NCBI RefSeq assembly: GCF_009914755.1 | Contig: NC_060926.1 | Reading direction: 5' to 3' (one strand) | Length of the DNA stretch: 64,000 nt | Origin: the human T2T-CHM13v2.0 reference genome, Homo sapiens | Shown: positions 1 through 14,409 of the stretch, one piece after another | Layout: each line of letters opens with the position of its first letter | Numbering within the stretch: position 1 is the first letter of the stretch | Program-made: the position numbers and the translations under genes | The notes under the pieces: model-generated | Seen by the model: only the letters and a program-made list of their open reading frames with translations | Told to the model about the DNA's origin: nothing | Databases searched by the model: none

Positions 1-1490
1 TTCCTTTCCCTTTCTGTAGAGAAATGCACAGGATATTCCTTATATGCCACTTATGTTATGGGATTGACATAGGTTTTGTCCCTCATGCTATGGGATTGAT
101 TAGGTTTTGCTCTAAAAAGCTTTAAAAAAGAAAATTCATTACTATAAGATCAACTCGATTCCAACTTAATCTTATAGTAACTCTAAGGTATGATTATGCT
201 GCAATTCTAGTGTATTTGATTTTTATTTCATATTGAATATCATTATATTCTCAATAAACCCTTAACAGGCTTTAACTGTCTCATAGCTTTCTCTCTGATT
301 TCCTCGATAAAAACAAAATAGCAATAATTAAGAAAGATCAGAAAATAAAAGCCAAGGAATGAAAAGTCTGAATAAAAGCTATTGCATACTCTACATAGAA
401 AAGATCTAGCTGATATGGTGATCAGGAAGGCACACAGGATCTGGAATCAGGAGACCTGAGCTTGAATTGACTCAGCCACTCTGTAGATGGGAGGCATCTT
501 GGTCTCTATGGGACATTTTCCTCATCTAAGATGCAAATATCATCTCACAGAATTATAATCGGTGTCAAATGACAAGTGCTATATGTTAGTTCAGTTCAAC
601 AAGCCAAATAGAGACAATCAGACAGACCTGGTCCCTGCCCCAGGGAGCTCACAGTCTCTTTGACCTGGGCCCTACTTTTTCCCTGATCTGGTTTTTAGTA
701 GAGGCCAGCTTGGAATTGCTGCTCATGACTACATTGATTGACTTCCAGGAGAGCCTTCGAAACACCAGTGCTCACTGACCTAACCTTCTCTGCTGGTCTT
801 ACATAGAACTGGTCTGGGGAACTCACTCTATTTCCATGCTATCTCTAGCCAAAATACTTAACTTCTTGCACAAAAATCATAAAATAAAGAATTACAAATA
901 AATCACTCCCCCTGCAAACTCAAAGATCAGGCTCATCCCCTCTCCTGACTGTGTGGCAATATCATCCTTTGCCCAAAAGAGATCCTCTCATACTGGAGAC
1001 CAAACTCCAGGTCACTTTATTGCCAGTCCTGTGTGTTTACATGCCATCATAATAAAATTTACAAAGTGTTTTCCCTAAAGCCTCGCCCACTGCTACCCAG
1101 GTCAAGTAGAACCAAAGGATATCTAGCTGTCTGTCCTTGGGACTGACACACCCTGAATCTCTCCTCTCGCATTTTTAAGCAGTTATGACACAGAAAGAAC
1201 CTTTGGGCCCAGGACCCTGGGTTTTGTAAGAACCAGTCTTTGGGAGAACAGACCTAAACCCTCTTCTTCTAAAGTGAGTGGTGTTTTTACTAGTTGCTTC
1301 TTCAAACTTTGTAATTCGAGTCCTTCTTTAAAGTAACAAAAATGTTTTTAAAGTCTTCTGCTGAATCTCTTACCAAACAATAACCTTCAAGTTTTGGTGA
1401 AACCATTACTTTTATATGTTGAGCTTGCTTAAAACAAGGCACGCAAGTAATCCTGTGACATACTCCATTTTCTTCAAAAACTGATGAACA

Positions 1491-1558
1491 AGCTTTGCGC
1501 AGTGGCAGTATCATAGCCAATGAGGTTTACTCAAGGAGTGATTATTGCTAATTGAAAA
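1491..1558 (+). pseudogene. 3'-truncated U4 snRNA retropseudogene
   Basis: AGCTTTGCGCAGTGGCAGTATCATAGCCAATGAGG...ATTATTGCTAATTGAAAA matches roughly U4 nt 1-68; flanked by the direct repeat AAAAACTGATGAACA (1476-1490 and 1555-1569). Confidence 0.92.
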
Positions 1559-2059
1559 ACTGATGAACATATGAAGTGCATGTCTGTAGCTTAATAGTAC
1601 AAAGTCAGCCAACTTGAGACCTTGGCTCAGGTATTTTTGCAACATTTCTAGCCCATGACTACACTGGGTAATCCTACCCCTTTGGACTTACCAAACATCT
1701 CTGTAATCCTTTAATGTACAAGTAATAGACATCTACATCACTCCAAACAACACTCTACCTGCTCCAGGGGGAGTCTTACGTCAGAGGACTTCTGCTGCTG
1801 CAATAGGGGAAGATCACAGAAAGAGACAGTATGGAGTTTGATTCAATAATTTCTGCCTGTCTGAGAGGAACAGTACACAGGCAGGTGGGGAAGACTTGGT
1901 TTATAAACAGTGGTTACCAATGCCTTCCAAAAAACTGTACAGTACTTTACTAGTAGTCTCTCTCTACCCCTGCCAGGACAATCTAAGCAGAAACTCTGCA
2001 GTTAGAAGGCAATAGAATGATATATTTAAAGTGATGAAAGAAAAACCTGTCAACCAAGA

Positions 2060-2361
2060 TTTCTTTCTTTTTTTTGAGACAGGGTCTCACTCTGTCACCC
2101 AGGCTAGAGTGCAGTGGTGTGATTTCAGCCCACTGCAGTACTACACTACCTCCTGTAGTCAAGGGATCCTCCCACCTCAGCCTCCTGAGCAGCTGGGACT
2201 ACATGCATGAGCCATCACATTCAGCTAATTTTTCTATTTTTTGTAGAGATGGAGTTTTGCCATGTTGCCCCGGCTGGTCTCGAACTCCTGAGCTCAAGTG
2301 ATCAGCTTGTCTCAGGCTCCCAGAGTGCTGGGATTACAGGTGTGAGCCACCACGCCCAGCC
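2060..2361 (-). mobile_element. Alu (AluJ-like)
   Basis: Reverse Alu dimer with T tail, inserted in L1. Confidence 0.9.
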
Positions 2362-2916
2362 AAGAATTCTGTATCTGGTAAAACTATCCTTCAAAATCAA
2401 GGGAGAAACTAAGATATCCCTAAATAAACAAAAGCTGAAGGAATTCATTACCACTAGACCTACCCTGCAAGAAACGTTAAAAGGAGTCCCTTCCTTCAGG
2501 TTGTAAGTAAACAACACTAGACAGTAACTCAAAGATGTATAAAAATATACATTTTTCCTTTCAAGGTAAACACATAGACAAATATAAAAATCAGTATTAT
2601 TGCAATTTTGGTTCGTAACTCCCCTTATTATTTTACAGGACTTAAAATAGAAAAGCATAAAAAACTATAAATCTTTGCTAGTGGGTACACAATATATAAA
2701 GATGTAATTTGTGGCAGCAATAACATAAAGAAGAGACGGAGCTGTAAAGGACGTCTTTTGTATGCAATTAAAGTTATCAGTTTAAAATAGGTTGTTATAA
2801 CATTAGGATGTTTTATCTAAGTCTCATGGTAACACAAAGGAAATATCTACAGAATATACACAAAAGGAAGTGAGAAGGGAACCAAACACGCCACTATAAA
2901 AAAATCAACTGAACTC

Positions 2917-3235
<319 letters not shown>

Positions 3236-3649
3236 TCAACTGAACTCAAAGAAACACAGTAAGGGCGTAAATGAGGGACAAAAAGAGCCTATAAGAGATA
3301 CAGAAAACAACAAAATGGCAACAGTAAGTCCTTCCCCATCAGTAATTACTTTAAATGTAAATGAATTTTAACTCCCAAATCAAGACAGATTGCCAGAATG
3401 AATTTAAAAAAAAGAGTCCATCTACATACTGTCTACAAGAGACTCACTTTAGATCTAAGCACACACAGGTTGACAAAGAAAGGACAGAAAAAGATATTCC
3501 ATGCAAATAGTAATGAAGACAGTAGGGGTGACTATACTAATATCAGACAAAATAGACTTTAAGTCAAAAACTGGTACAAAAGACAAAGAACATTATATAT
3601 TTTTAAAAGGATCAATTCACCAATGAGATATAGCAATTATAAACATACA

Positions 3650-3683
<34 letters not shown>

Positions 3684-3827
3684 GCAAACATAAGAGCTCC
3701 TAAATATATGAACAAACACTGACAGAACTGAAGGGAGGAACAGATGGCCTACTGTAACAGTAGGCTTCAATACCCCACTTTCTATAACTGATAGAAAAGC
3801 AAGAGACTAGATCAAAAAAGAAACAGA

Positions 3828-4120
3828 GGCTGGGCGCAGTGGCTCACACTTGTAATCTCAGCACTATGGGAGGCTGAGGCGGGTGAATTGCTCGAGTCTA
3901 GGAGTTCAAGACCAGCCTGGGCGACATGGTAAAACCCCCCCCATCTCTACTAAAAATACAAAAAATTAGCCAGGCATGGTGGTGCATGCCTATAGTCCCA
4001 GCTACTTGACAGGCTAAGGCAGGAGAATCACTTGAGCCTGGGAGGCAGAGGTTGTAGTGAGCCAAGATCGCACCACTTCACTCCAGCCTGGGTGACAGAA
4101 GTGAAACCCTGTCTCAAAAA
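3828..4120 (+). mobile_element. Alu
   Basis: Full Alu dimer. Confidence 0.9.
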
Positions 4121-5879
4121 GAGGACTTGAACAACATGATAGGCCATTTGGACCTAACACATAGACAAAAAGCATACCACCCAACAATAAGCAGAATACA
4201 CATATTCCTCAAGAGTATATGGAACATTCGCTGGGACAGGCTATTAGGCCACAAGTAAGTCTTAAAACATTTGAAAAGACTGAAATTATATAAAGTAGCT
4301 TTCTAATCACAATGGAATAAAATTAGAAATCCATAGCAGAAAGAAAACCCTAAAATCCACAAATATGTGGAAATCAAATGGTACATTCTTAAACAACCAA
4401 TGGGTCAAGGAAGAAGTCACAAGGGAAATAAGAAAATAACTTGAGACAATGAAAATAAAAACACCAAAGCTTATGGGATGCAACAAAAGCAATGCTGAAA
4501 GAAATTTGTATCTACAAATGCTCAAATTTTAAGATCTCAAATCAACAACCTAGTTTTATACCTTAAAGAACAAGAAGAACAAACTAAACACAAAGCAAGC
4601 AAAAGGAAAGAAATAATAAAGATTAGAGCAGAGATAAACATAACAGAGAATACAAAAAAAGAGAAAAAAAAATCAAAGAAAACAAGAGCTGGTTCCTCAG
4701 AAATATCAACAAAATTGACAAACTTTTAGCTAGGTGAAGAAAAAGAGAAGACTCAAATGCGAGGACATTATGACCCATTTTACAGAAACAAAAAGGATTA
4801 TAAAACACTACTATGAACAACTGTATGCCACCAAGTTGGATAACCTAGACAAAACGGACAAATTAAATTCCTGGAAACACAACCTACCAACTCTAAATCA
4901 TGAAAAAATAAAAATCTGAACAGATCTATAACTAGTAAGGAAACACCCAATGAACAAAAGTTCAGGACCAGATGGCCTTACTGGTGAGCTCTACCAAACA
5001 TTTAAAAAAGAATACCAATCTTCCTCATACTTCAAAAAATTGAAGAGAAACACTTCCAAACTCCAAACTATGAAGTCAGTATTATCCTGATACCAAAACC
5101 AAAGGCACTAAAACTACAGACCAATATCCCTGATAAATATGTTGCAAAAATCCTCAACAAAATACTAGCAAAGAAAATTCAAGAGCACACTAAAAGAATT
5201 ACACCCCATGACCGTGAAGGATTTATTCCCAAAATGCAAGGATGGTTCAACAACAACAAATATAAATCGATCAATATAATACACCACATTAACAGAATGA
5301 AGAAAACAACTCATGATCATCTCAATTGATGCAGAAAAGACATTTAACAAAATCCAACACCATTTCATGATTTAAAAAAAAACACTCTACAAACAAGGAA
5401 CAGAAGGAAACTCAACATAATAAATGTCATATATGAAAAGCCCACAGCTAATATCATACTCATACTCAGGACTGAAAGCTTTTTATCAGAAACAAGACAA
5501 GAATGCCCACTTTTACCACGTCTGTTCAACATAGTACTGGAAATCTTAGCCAAAACAATTAGGCATAAAAAGGAAACTAAAAAGCCATCCAAGCTGGAAA
5601 GAAATTAAATTATCTGTTTGCAGACAACATGATATTACATGTAGAAATGCCCAGAGTCCACAAAACACCCCCAAAGCCAAACAAAACTGTTAGAATAAAC
5701 AAATTCAGAAAAGCTGCAGGATACAAAAATCAATACAAATCAGTCGCATTTTTACATGTTAACAATGAACAATCCTAAAAGGAACTTATGAAAACAAATT
5801 ATGATAGCATCAAATACAATAAAATACTTAGGAATATACCTAACCAAGGAGGCGAAAGACTTCTACATTGAAAACTACA

Positions 5880-6175
5880 GGCCATCATGGTGGCTCACAT
5901 CTGTAATCCTAGCACTTTGGAGGCCAAGGCAGGGGGATCGCTTGAGGCCAGGAGTTGAAGAGCAGCCTGGGCAACATAGCAAGACCTCAACTCTACAAAA
6001 AAAATTATCCGGGCATGGTGGCACACACCTGTAGTCCTAGCTATTTGGAAAGCTGAGGTGGGAAGACTGCTTGAAGCCAGGAGTTTGAGACAAGCCTGGA
6101 CAACAAAGGGAGAATCTGAATCAAAAAGAAGAATGAAAAGAAAGAAAGAAAAAGAAAAGGAAAAAAGGAAAAGAA
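5880..6175 (+). mobile_element. Alu (old, AluJ-like)
   Basis: Diverged Alu with A-rich tail; flanked by GAAAACTACA repeats. Confidence 0.85.
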
Positions 6176-7814
6176 AACTACAAAACATTAAGGAAATTAA
6201 AGAAGACACCAATAAATGAAGATATTCCATGGTCATGATTCAAAGACTTAATATTGTTAAGAAGTCAATACTACCCAGAGCACCTCTACAGATTCAATGC
6301 AATTCCTAACAAAATACCAATAATGTTTACTGCATATATAGAAAAATCCATTTTAAAATTCACATGAAATCTCAAATAGCCAAAACAATCTTGAAAAACA
6401 ACAAAGTTGGAAGACTCACACGTCCTGACTTCAGTGGGGACAGACACACAGACAGTTCTATATTGCAACATGCAGACCAATGGAAAAGAAGAAAGTCCAG
6501 AAATCAACTCTTACACATATGGTCAAATGATTTTTGAAAAGACTTGCAAGACCATTCCATGGGGAAAATAAGTTTTTTTCAGTAAATGTTGCTGGGGAAA
6601 CTTGATATCCATATGCAAATGGATAAAGTTGGAACCTTATTTTACACAACATACAAAAAATCAACTAGAAATGGATCAAAGACCTAAACATAAGAACTAA
6701 ACTTACAAAATTATAGGGTAAAAGCTTCATAATATTGAATTTGGCAATAATTTTTTTGATATGACACCAAAAGCACAGGCAATAAAAGAAAAAAGTGAGA
6801 TACAGCAAAATTTAAATGTGTGCAACGAAGAACACAATCAAGAGTGAAAAGGCAATCTAAAGAATGAAAGAGAGTATTTGCAAATCATATAGCTGATAAA
6901 GCATTAACATGAGTACACAAAGCACTCCTACAACTCACACCAAACAACCCAATATAAAACTGGGCAAATGACTTGAATAGACATTTCTCCAAGGAAGATA
7001 CATAAATGGTCAAAAAGTACATTAAAAGATGCTCTACATCACTATCATTAGGGAAATGCAAACTAAAATCACAAGATACCACCTCACATCACTTAGGATG
7101 GCTACCATCAAAAAATAAAAATAACAAGTGTTAGCAAGCATATGGAGAAATTGGAACTCTTGTGTACTATTGGTGGGAATATAAAATTGTGTAGCCCCTT
7201 ATGGAAAGTGTATGTATGGCACTTTCTAAACAAATTTAAAATGGAATTACCATATGATCTAGCAATTCTACTTCTAGGTATATAACCAAAAGAATTGGAA
7301 AAAAAAATGGTTGTTTTTTAATATCTCTAAAAGTGAAGAAAAAAAGGTCTTGAACAAATACTTGTACACCCATGATCACAGCAGCGTTATTCACAATAGC
7401 CAAAGGTGGAGGCAACCCAAGTGTCCATTGACAGATGAATGGACAAACAAAATGTGGTATATACACACACTGGAATATTATGCAACCTTAAAATGCAAGG
7501 AAATTTGGACACATGGACAAACCTTGAGGACATTATACCAAGTGAAATAAGACAGTCGCAAAAAGACAAATGTATGATTCCACTTATATGAGGTACCTAG
7601 AACAGACAACTCGTAAGAGACAGAAAGTAGAATGGTGGTTGCCAAGAGCTTGGGGGAGGAAGGAGAGTTCTTTGATAGGTAGAGTTAAAATTTTGCAAGA
7701 TGAGAAGATTTCTGAAGATGAATGGTGGTGATGGCGATACATTGTGAACATACTCAATGCCACTGAGCGGTAAAACTGTTTAAGATAGTAAATCTTAAAA
7801 CCGGAAGGGGAAGA

Positions 7815-7985
7815 AAAAAAGCCAAGCATGAGAGTGCATGCCTATAGTCCCAGCCACTTGGGAGGAGACTGAGGCAGGAAGATTGCTTGAGCCTGGGAGT
7901 TCAAGGCTGCAGGGAGCTAGGATCACACCACTGCACTTCAGCCTGGGCGACACAGTAAGAACCCATCTCTTAAAAAACAAACAAA
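7815..7985 (+). mobile_element. Alu right monomer/FRAM-like
   Basis: Right-arm sequence plus A tail. Confidence 0.8.
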
Positions 7986-9214
7986 ATCCCCCACAACTCT
8001 GTATCATCATAGCCAAGTTGTCAAAGTTAGTATCATCAATTCTGGGACAAAACTAAAGTCTATGTTCTTGGAAGAAATATGCTGAAGTATTTGGGGCTCA
8101 AGGGGCAAGTTGTCGGCAAGTTACTCTGAGTCTGCAAAAATAGCTCTATGCATATACAAGATGACAGAGTCAATGACGTGGCAAAACGTTAACACTTGGT
8201 AAATATCAGTGAGTATACCGGAGTTTATTTACTATTTTTGCAACTACTATAAATTGGAAATATCTTCAAAATTAAAGGTTTTTCTGGCCAGCTAGGTTTG
8301 AGCTGCCATAAAACCAACACCAAGGATCATTTATATAGAAACTAATTTTTTCCTTCAAACACAGTACAGGAGAATCTCTTACCATTTTGAATTCCCCGGG
8401 TATGGTTTAAAACTTTTTACTTGCCAACATCGTTAAAGTTTTACCCTGTAATAGTGAAATTTTCAGGTAATTGGAGCTTACCCCATTAAATGACAAAATT
8501 GTGTAACTTAAAAATCTTTCTTAAATACAACCTTTGTTGTCTTTGTTTCAAATTTATTTTTTAATGATCAGTGTAAGGCTTCACTAGATGCCTCTTTTTC
8601 CTTCTCAAGTGTTTTTGAGGGTATTTGTATGAAACATTGCAGAAAAGCTTAGGTTTTTGTCTCCATCTAGTGGCTAGCTATTACCTTCTAATGCCTTTAT
8701 GCACCTGCTTTTTACAAAGCACTATATCCCACTGTGCTTCTGCGTTTGCTGGAAGTAAATAGTTTGAGAGTTTCTTGTGAGCAGTGTTTTAGTATCTAAA
8801 CTTCATTATTTTAGCTGTTCAAAGGCTTTTTTGGCCAAAAGTAGTTTTATGTGTTTCTGAAGATCAAGGTGCCAATCCGTATCAGAATAGGATTTCTGAA
8901 ATTAAAATAATCTAGTTGATAAAACGTTCTTGGGCCTCGTCATCTTGACCTTAAGAGACCTCTCATAATTAAGTCTATAGAGACTATTATCACAAAAATA
9001 GAGCAACAAGAAACATAGCTACAAGCTATAATTTTTCTCTCTCCTCTAACTGCTCAACTGCTCTAAGCTTTCGGCATAGTGATTTTCAGTTATATCCATA
9101 TTTCCTTGAAGACAGTAGTATTTCTTGATCTTTTCTCTGTTATAAGCCCCCATCCCAGAGAAAAATGAAAATCAAAATAATTATCCCAAATAAGAGAAAC
9201 ACATTAATAAGATT

Positions 9215-9931
9215 TTGTTGGTATTCCATTTCCACCCCAACTGAGGTACTGCAATTCAATTCTGATACGACACACCCAGAGCTGGCATCAGACTCCACGG
9301 GTTTAAGAGGTCAGTCCTCCACAATACTGCCCCCACTTCAGATGCAAGCCACAAGTGAGGCATCCAGGCTACTGTCGCTTCTGACCAGCTACAAATTTGG
9401 GGTTCTCATAAACCTCTCAGGTTTAAGAACTTGCTGAAATGACTCACAGAACTCAGGAAAGCACTATCCTTCCCTAGAAAACACTATGATTAGTTTTACT
9501 ACAGAAGATATGAATTAGGAGGGCCAGTCAAATGAAGGGATACATAAGGGAAGGTCTGGGAGGGAAGGCAGAGCTTCTGTGCCCCTGTCCTCATGGAGGG
9601 GAATCCTCTCCCTCCCAGCACACCAATGCTTTCACCAACCAAGAAGCGTCATTGAGCTGTGGGGTCCAGAGCTCTTCATCAGGTCCCATTTGGCAGGCAT
9701 GGTTGATTAAATCAAACAGGTCACTGACTGCGTCTCAATCTCCCGGGTCCTGCTGGCCCAACCCTCTGTAGTAGCTGTTTCTGGTTACCAGCCTCCACCC
9801 TAAAGCCCACCATACAGTCACCTCGTTAGCATAACAAGAGATGCTCTATCACTCAGGAAACCACAAGTGTTTTAGACATTCCTTGTCAGCAACCAGGGGC
9901 AAAGGCCACACAAATTCCTCATTATACCACA
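9215..9931. mobile_element. LTR remnant, MER21-like
   Basis: CAATTCAATTCTGA...CTGCCCCCACTTCAGATGC...CTCACAGAACTCAGGAAA; clearly homologous to the element at the right end of the window. Confidence 0.7.
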
Positions 9932-10077
9932 ATGAGGGAGGATTGAACCTCTAAGGGTCACAAACCCCTATAATATCATAAGATTTTTTCCCACACAACA
10001 AGAAACAATCTTTGCCCCTATTAAGAATGTATCCTCTAAGAAATGAAGAGACAGCCCCCCAAAAACCAGAATGAAAT

Positions 10078-10083
10078 TTTATT
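10078..10083 (-). terminator. Poly(A) signal AATAAA of the canonical IWS1 mRNA
   Basis: AATAAA about 210 nt after the stop codon, followed by U/GU-rich sequence (TTCTGGTTTTTGGGGGGCTGTCTC). Confidence 0.8.
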
Positions 10084-10295
10084 GTGTAAAGTTTATAGAA
10101 GTATGACTAGTATTCCTTTGTACAAAGTACACAACGGTTTTAAATATAACTGAGAGAAATGTGAGTCCTATGACAACATCTGATACACGCTGAACCATTT
10201 ACAGACACACTAAAAATGTTTTAAAATATCTTCTTTCTCCAAAGAGTCCATTGCGCATTTCTTAGAGTAGAGATGGGGACACATTCCAGGCAAGG

Positions 10296-10427
<132 letters not shown>

Positions 10428-12591
10428 CTAAGAGTAAGGGAAAAATTAAAGAGCAAACTACTGAAATACGTAAGTCTAGTTATGTCTTTCATCTTCTTAT
10501 AACTGAGTTAGCAACCAGAAGAGCTTCTAGCTCTGGAATAACCAGAATGTGTGTTGATGACCTCAAGAACAACAAAGCAAGTATAGATGGTGTTAGAAAC
10601 GCATATTAAACTCTCTCAGTGAAGAATAATTCTGTTGTCTGTGCTTTATTTTTAATTTTGCTGCAGTCCATGGAGGTCTCCTAGATGGGAGAAAGGGGGG
10701 GGGAAACTGAGACTATGATCCTCCCAATTCCATCATGTACATTACGTTTTAACTGCATGCGTTTCCCTTTCGAAGACCAAATGTGGAGCTAGCCGCTTGA
10801 CATGCACTTTCAAACAGTGCTGGCATAAAAAAGAATGACCTAAAGCAAAGTCAGGTCAGCTGAGAAAAAGCCTTAAGCATAATAAATGAGGTTAGATGAT
10901 TAGTGAAGTAAACCCCTAAGTGCAGGAGCTCTTGAGTTTTTACACTTGGGGTGAATCCCTGCTCTAATTCAGTAACTTCTGTGACCCTGGGCAAAGCATA
11001 CCCAGGGTAGGTACTCCTTCCAGAACTGCTGAGAGAAGGAAATGAGATAGTGATGTCAGATCCAAGCACAGAGGCTGAGCACATATAGTCAGTGCTCAAA
11101 ATAATAGGAGCTATTACTATTTTACTACTTCACAAGCAACTAGATTTACATTAAGTATACTTGACACAAAAAGAATATTAAGTCTTTACCCATTTGCCCT
11201 TCATGTTTAAAGGTTTGGTTTGGGGGCTATTTTATATTTTGAAAATACTGCCTTGCAAAGATGTGGTCTCCAAGAAACTGCCATCTTTTAGAAATGCTAG
11301 AAAGGTTTGCTGACTCTGTTGTAAAACAATTCAGATGTTTAAGAATGATGACTGCTTAAAAAGAGATGGGTTTTTCTAATTCTTCTCCCCATACATTTAC
11401 TACTGAATCACCTCTGAAACTCAATTCAAAAGAATGCTAAAATAAGGTAGGGCCTGGGAGACACTCTGGGGTCAGTACCAGCCTGGTGAGCTTTGGTGGA
11501 ATCTTATCCCACCTGTGGACCCAGCCTCAACTATGACATGAAGCCAGCTGAGCACTAGGCAAGGAACTCTAAGTCATTCTTGACCAAGAGCCATGTTGAC
11601 CTGTCTTTCTAGGAATATCTCAATTCAAATATTATTCTGTATTGTCTCAATACTTGGCATTCGTACTCTGAGTAAGCATAAAAAGTGTCAGATGAGAAAG
11701 AGCTATGCCACCATCACACTATCTCCCAGATTTCCTGGACAGTCCCAAATATCTGACTTCCTTTTAGAGGATGTGCCGTGATCTTAGTACTTGTACTTGG
11801 TCCACATCGGAAGCTTTACCTGCTCAAATCTCTGCCAACTACACAATTCCCAGCAGCTTCACACATTAACTGGACTTCCCTTCGCCTACTCCCAGGACCC
11901 TCACTAACTGTCTAAGCCCTGATGGATCTGTCTAGCCTCAGCAATCAGGGCACACACGGGCCAGTGGGTTACAAAATATATGACTGGTAGTTGCAGATGC
12001 CTACTTACCCCAAGCTTGAAAAGACAGACCAGAGTACCTCATACACCAAGTTCAATGATCTCTCTCCTGATTCATCAAGGGAACGCTACACTTCCTTAGA
12101 AATTAAGAGTGTGTGCTACACTGCTTTACCAGAGCAAGGCCAAAAGCAGCTTCAATTATGGTACAACTGTGTGAAGACACAATGCAAAACCACTCAAGAA
12201 TGCTCACTCAAATGGATTTTTACCATGGTAAGTAAAAAACAAACCCAATAAGGTATAAAAGAATACAATCACAATGTCGCTTGAAAAAAAAACAAAAAAC
12301 AAAACAAAAACCCAGTAATTGTCTATGCATATGTATGAAAAAAAAAGAAATAATTTAAAATGTTAACATTAAGTTGTGGTGGGATTACAGATGGCATTAA
12401 TTTTATTTATGCTTTCTGTATTTTTAAAAGTTCATGAAAAAATAGGCATTCCTTTGTCATTTTACTGTTATTTTAGAAGTATTCCACGGAGTAAATGAAC
12501 ATATAAAAAATACAATGTAGCACAGGTTACTACATTATTTAGGAGTAAAAAATCAGAAATCATAAACGAACGAATAAACACATTATATTCA

Positions 12592-12726
12592 TGGCCGGGT
12601 GTGGTGGCTCCCGCCCGTAATCCCAGCACGCTGGGAGGTCAAGGCCAGAGGATCGCTTGAGACCAGCCTGAGCAAGATGGTGAAACCATCTCTACAAAGA
12701 AAGAAAATACATAATAAAAAAAAAAG
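12592..12726 (+). mobile_element. Alu left monomer/FLAM-like
   Basis: GGCCGGGTGTGGTGGCTC start, A tail. Confidence 0.8.
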
Positions 12727-12794
12727 CAAATTATATTCAGGATAGACCATTATGCAGCCATTAAAAATGATAAATCGACTAGGTGGTTTAATGA

Positions 12795-13094
<300 letters not shown>

Positions 13095-13270
13095 TATTTA
13101 GTATAATTTTAATTAACGTTATCAGTAGAAAAAAGACAACAAATACATCAAACTGCTTTTGAATGCTAGGACCATGAATAATGTTTCTCTTTGTACTTAA
13201 ACATTTTCTATAATTATAAAAACTAAGTTCAAGGCATATCTGGAAATACATTTAAAACCTCAAATTGTTA

Positions 13271-13590
13271 GCCGGGCATGGTGGCTCACACCTGTAATCC
13301 CAGCACTTTGGGAGGCCGAGGCGGGCAGATCACTAGAGGTCAGGAGATCAAGACCATCCTGGCTAACACAGTGAAACCCCATCTCTACTAAAAATACAAA
13401 AACAAAGTTAGCCAGGTGTGGTGGTGGGCGCCTGCCCTAGTCCCAGCTACTCAGGAGGCTGAGGCGGGAGAATGGTGTGAACCCGGGAGGCAGAGCTTGC
13501 AGTGAGCAGAGATTGCACCACTATGCTCCAGCCTGGGCGACAGAGTGAGACACCGTCTCAAAAACAAAAACAAAAACAAAAAACAAAAAA
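13271..13590 (+). mobile_element. Alu (AluY-like)
   Basis: Diagnostic GAGATCAAGACCATCCTGGCTAACAC and AGAATGGTGTGAACCCGGG; (AAAAAC)n tail. Confidence 0.9.
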
Positions 13591-13980
13591 CCCTATTTAT
13601 TTTTTATATTTATTTACATAACTTTGAAAACAAAAATGATACTTAAGACAAAAAGTGTTTCATTGGAAACCCATTTCCATTTCTTTTCCTGGACATGTCT
13701 TTTCTAATACTGCTCATTAGCGTCTACAATGTGGAAGCAAGTCCTGAGTGAATATGCAACCCTGCTCCACCTATGGGGAAGTGGGACCAGAACCAGAAAC
13801 ATCAGCACACAGGGACACAGCCCTGGAAACACAACCTCTGCTTTCAAAGCAGATTGGCCACTAAGAGTTTTTATTACATATTTTCTTTGCCATATTGTAG
13901 TTCCCAATTCTCAAAAATAAAAATGTTAAGAGAAATATGAAAGACGGCTAAAAAGAGAGAAGAAACAATGAAAAAGGAGA

Positions 13981-14315
<335 letters not shown>

Positions 14316-14403
14316 TCAGGGACACGGATATGGGCACAAGAAAGAGGAGGGAGAGAGAGAGGAGGAAGTTCTTGGCACAGAACTAGTCCTTCTCTACCCT
14401 CGA

Positions 14404-14409
14404 TTTATT
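14404..14409 (-). terminator. Candidate poly(A) signal for the alternative last exon
   Basis: First AATAAA I found on the minus strand after the TAG at 15147 (about 740 nt downstream); followed by pyrimidine/GU-rich sequence. Confidence 0.5.

Noticed and set aside
4307-7829. ORFs resembling reverse transcriptase/endonuclease pieces
   Set aside because: Fragments of a dead L1 with many stops, frameshifts and Alu insertions
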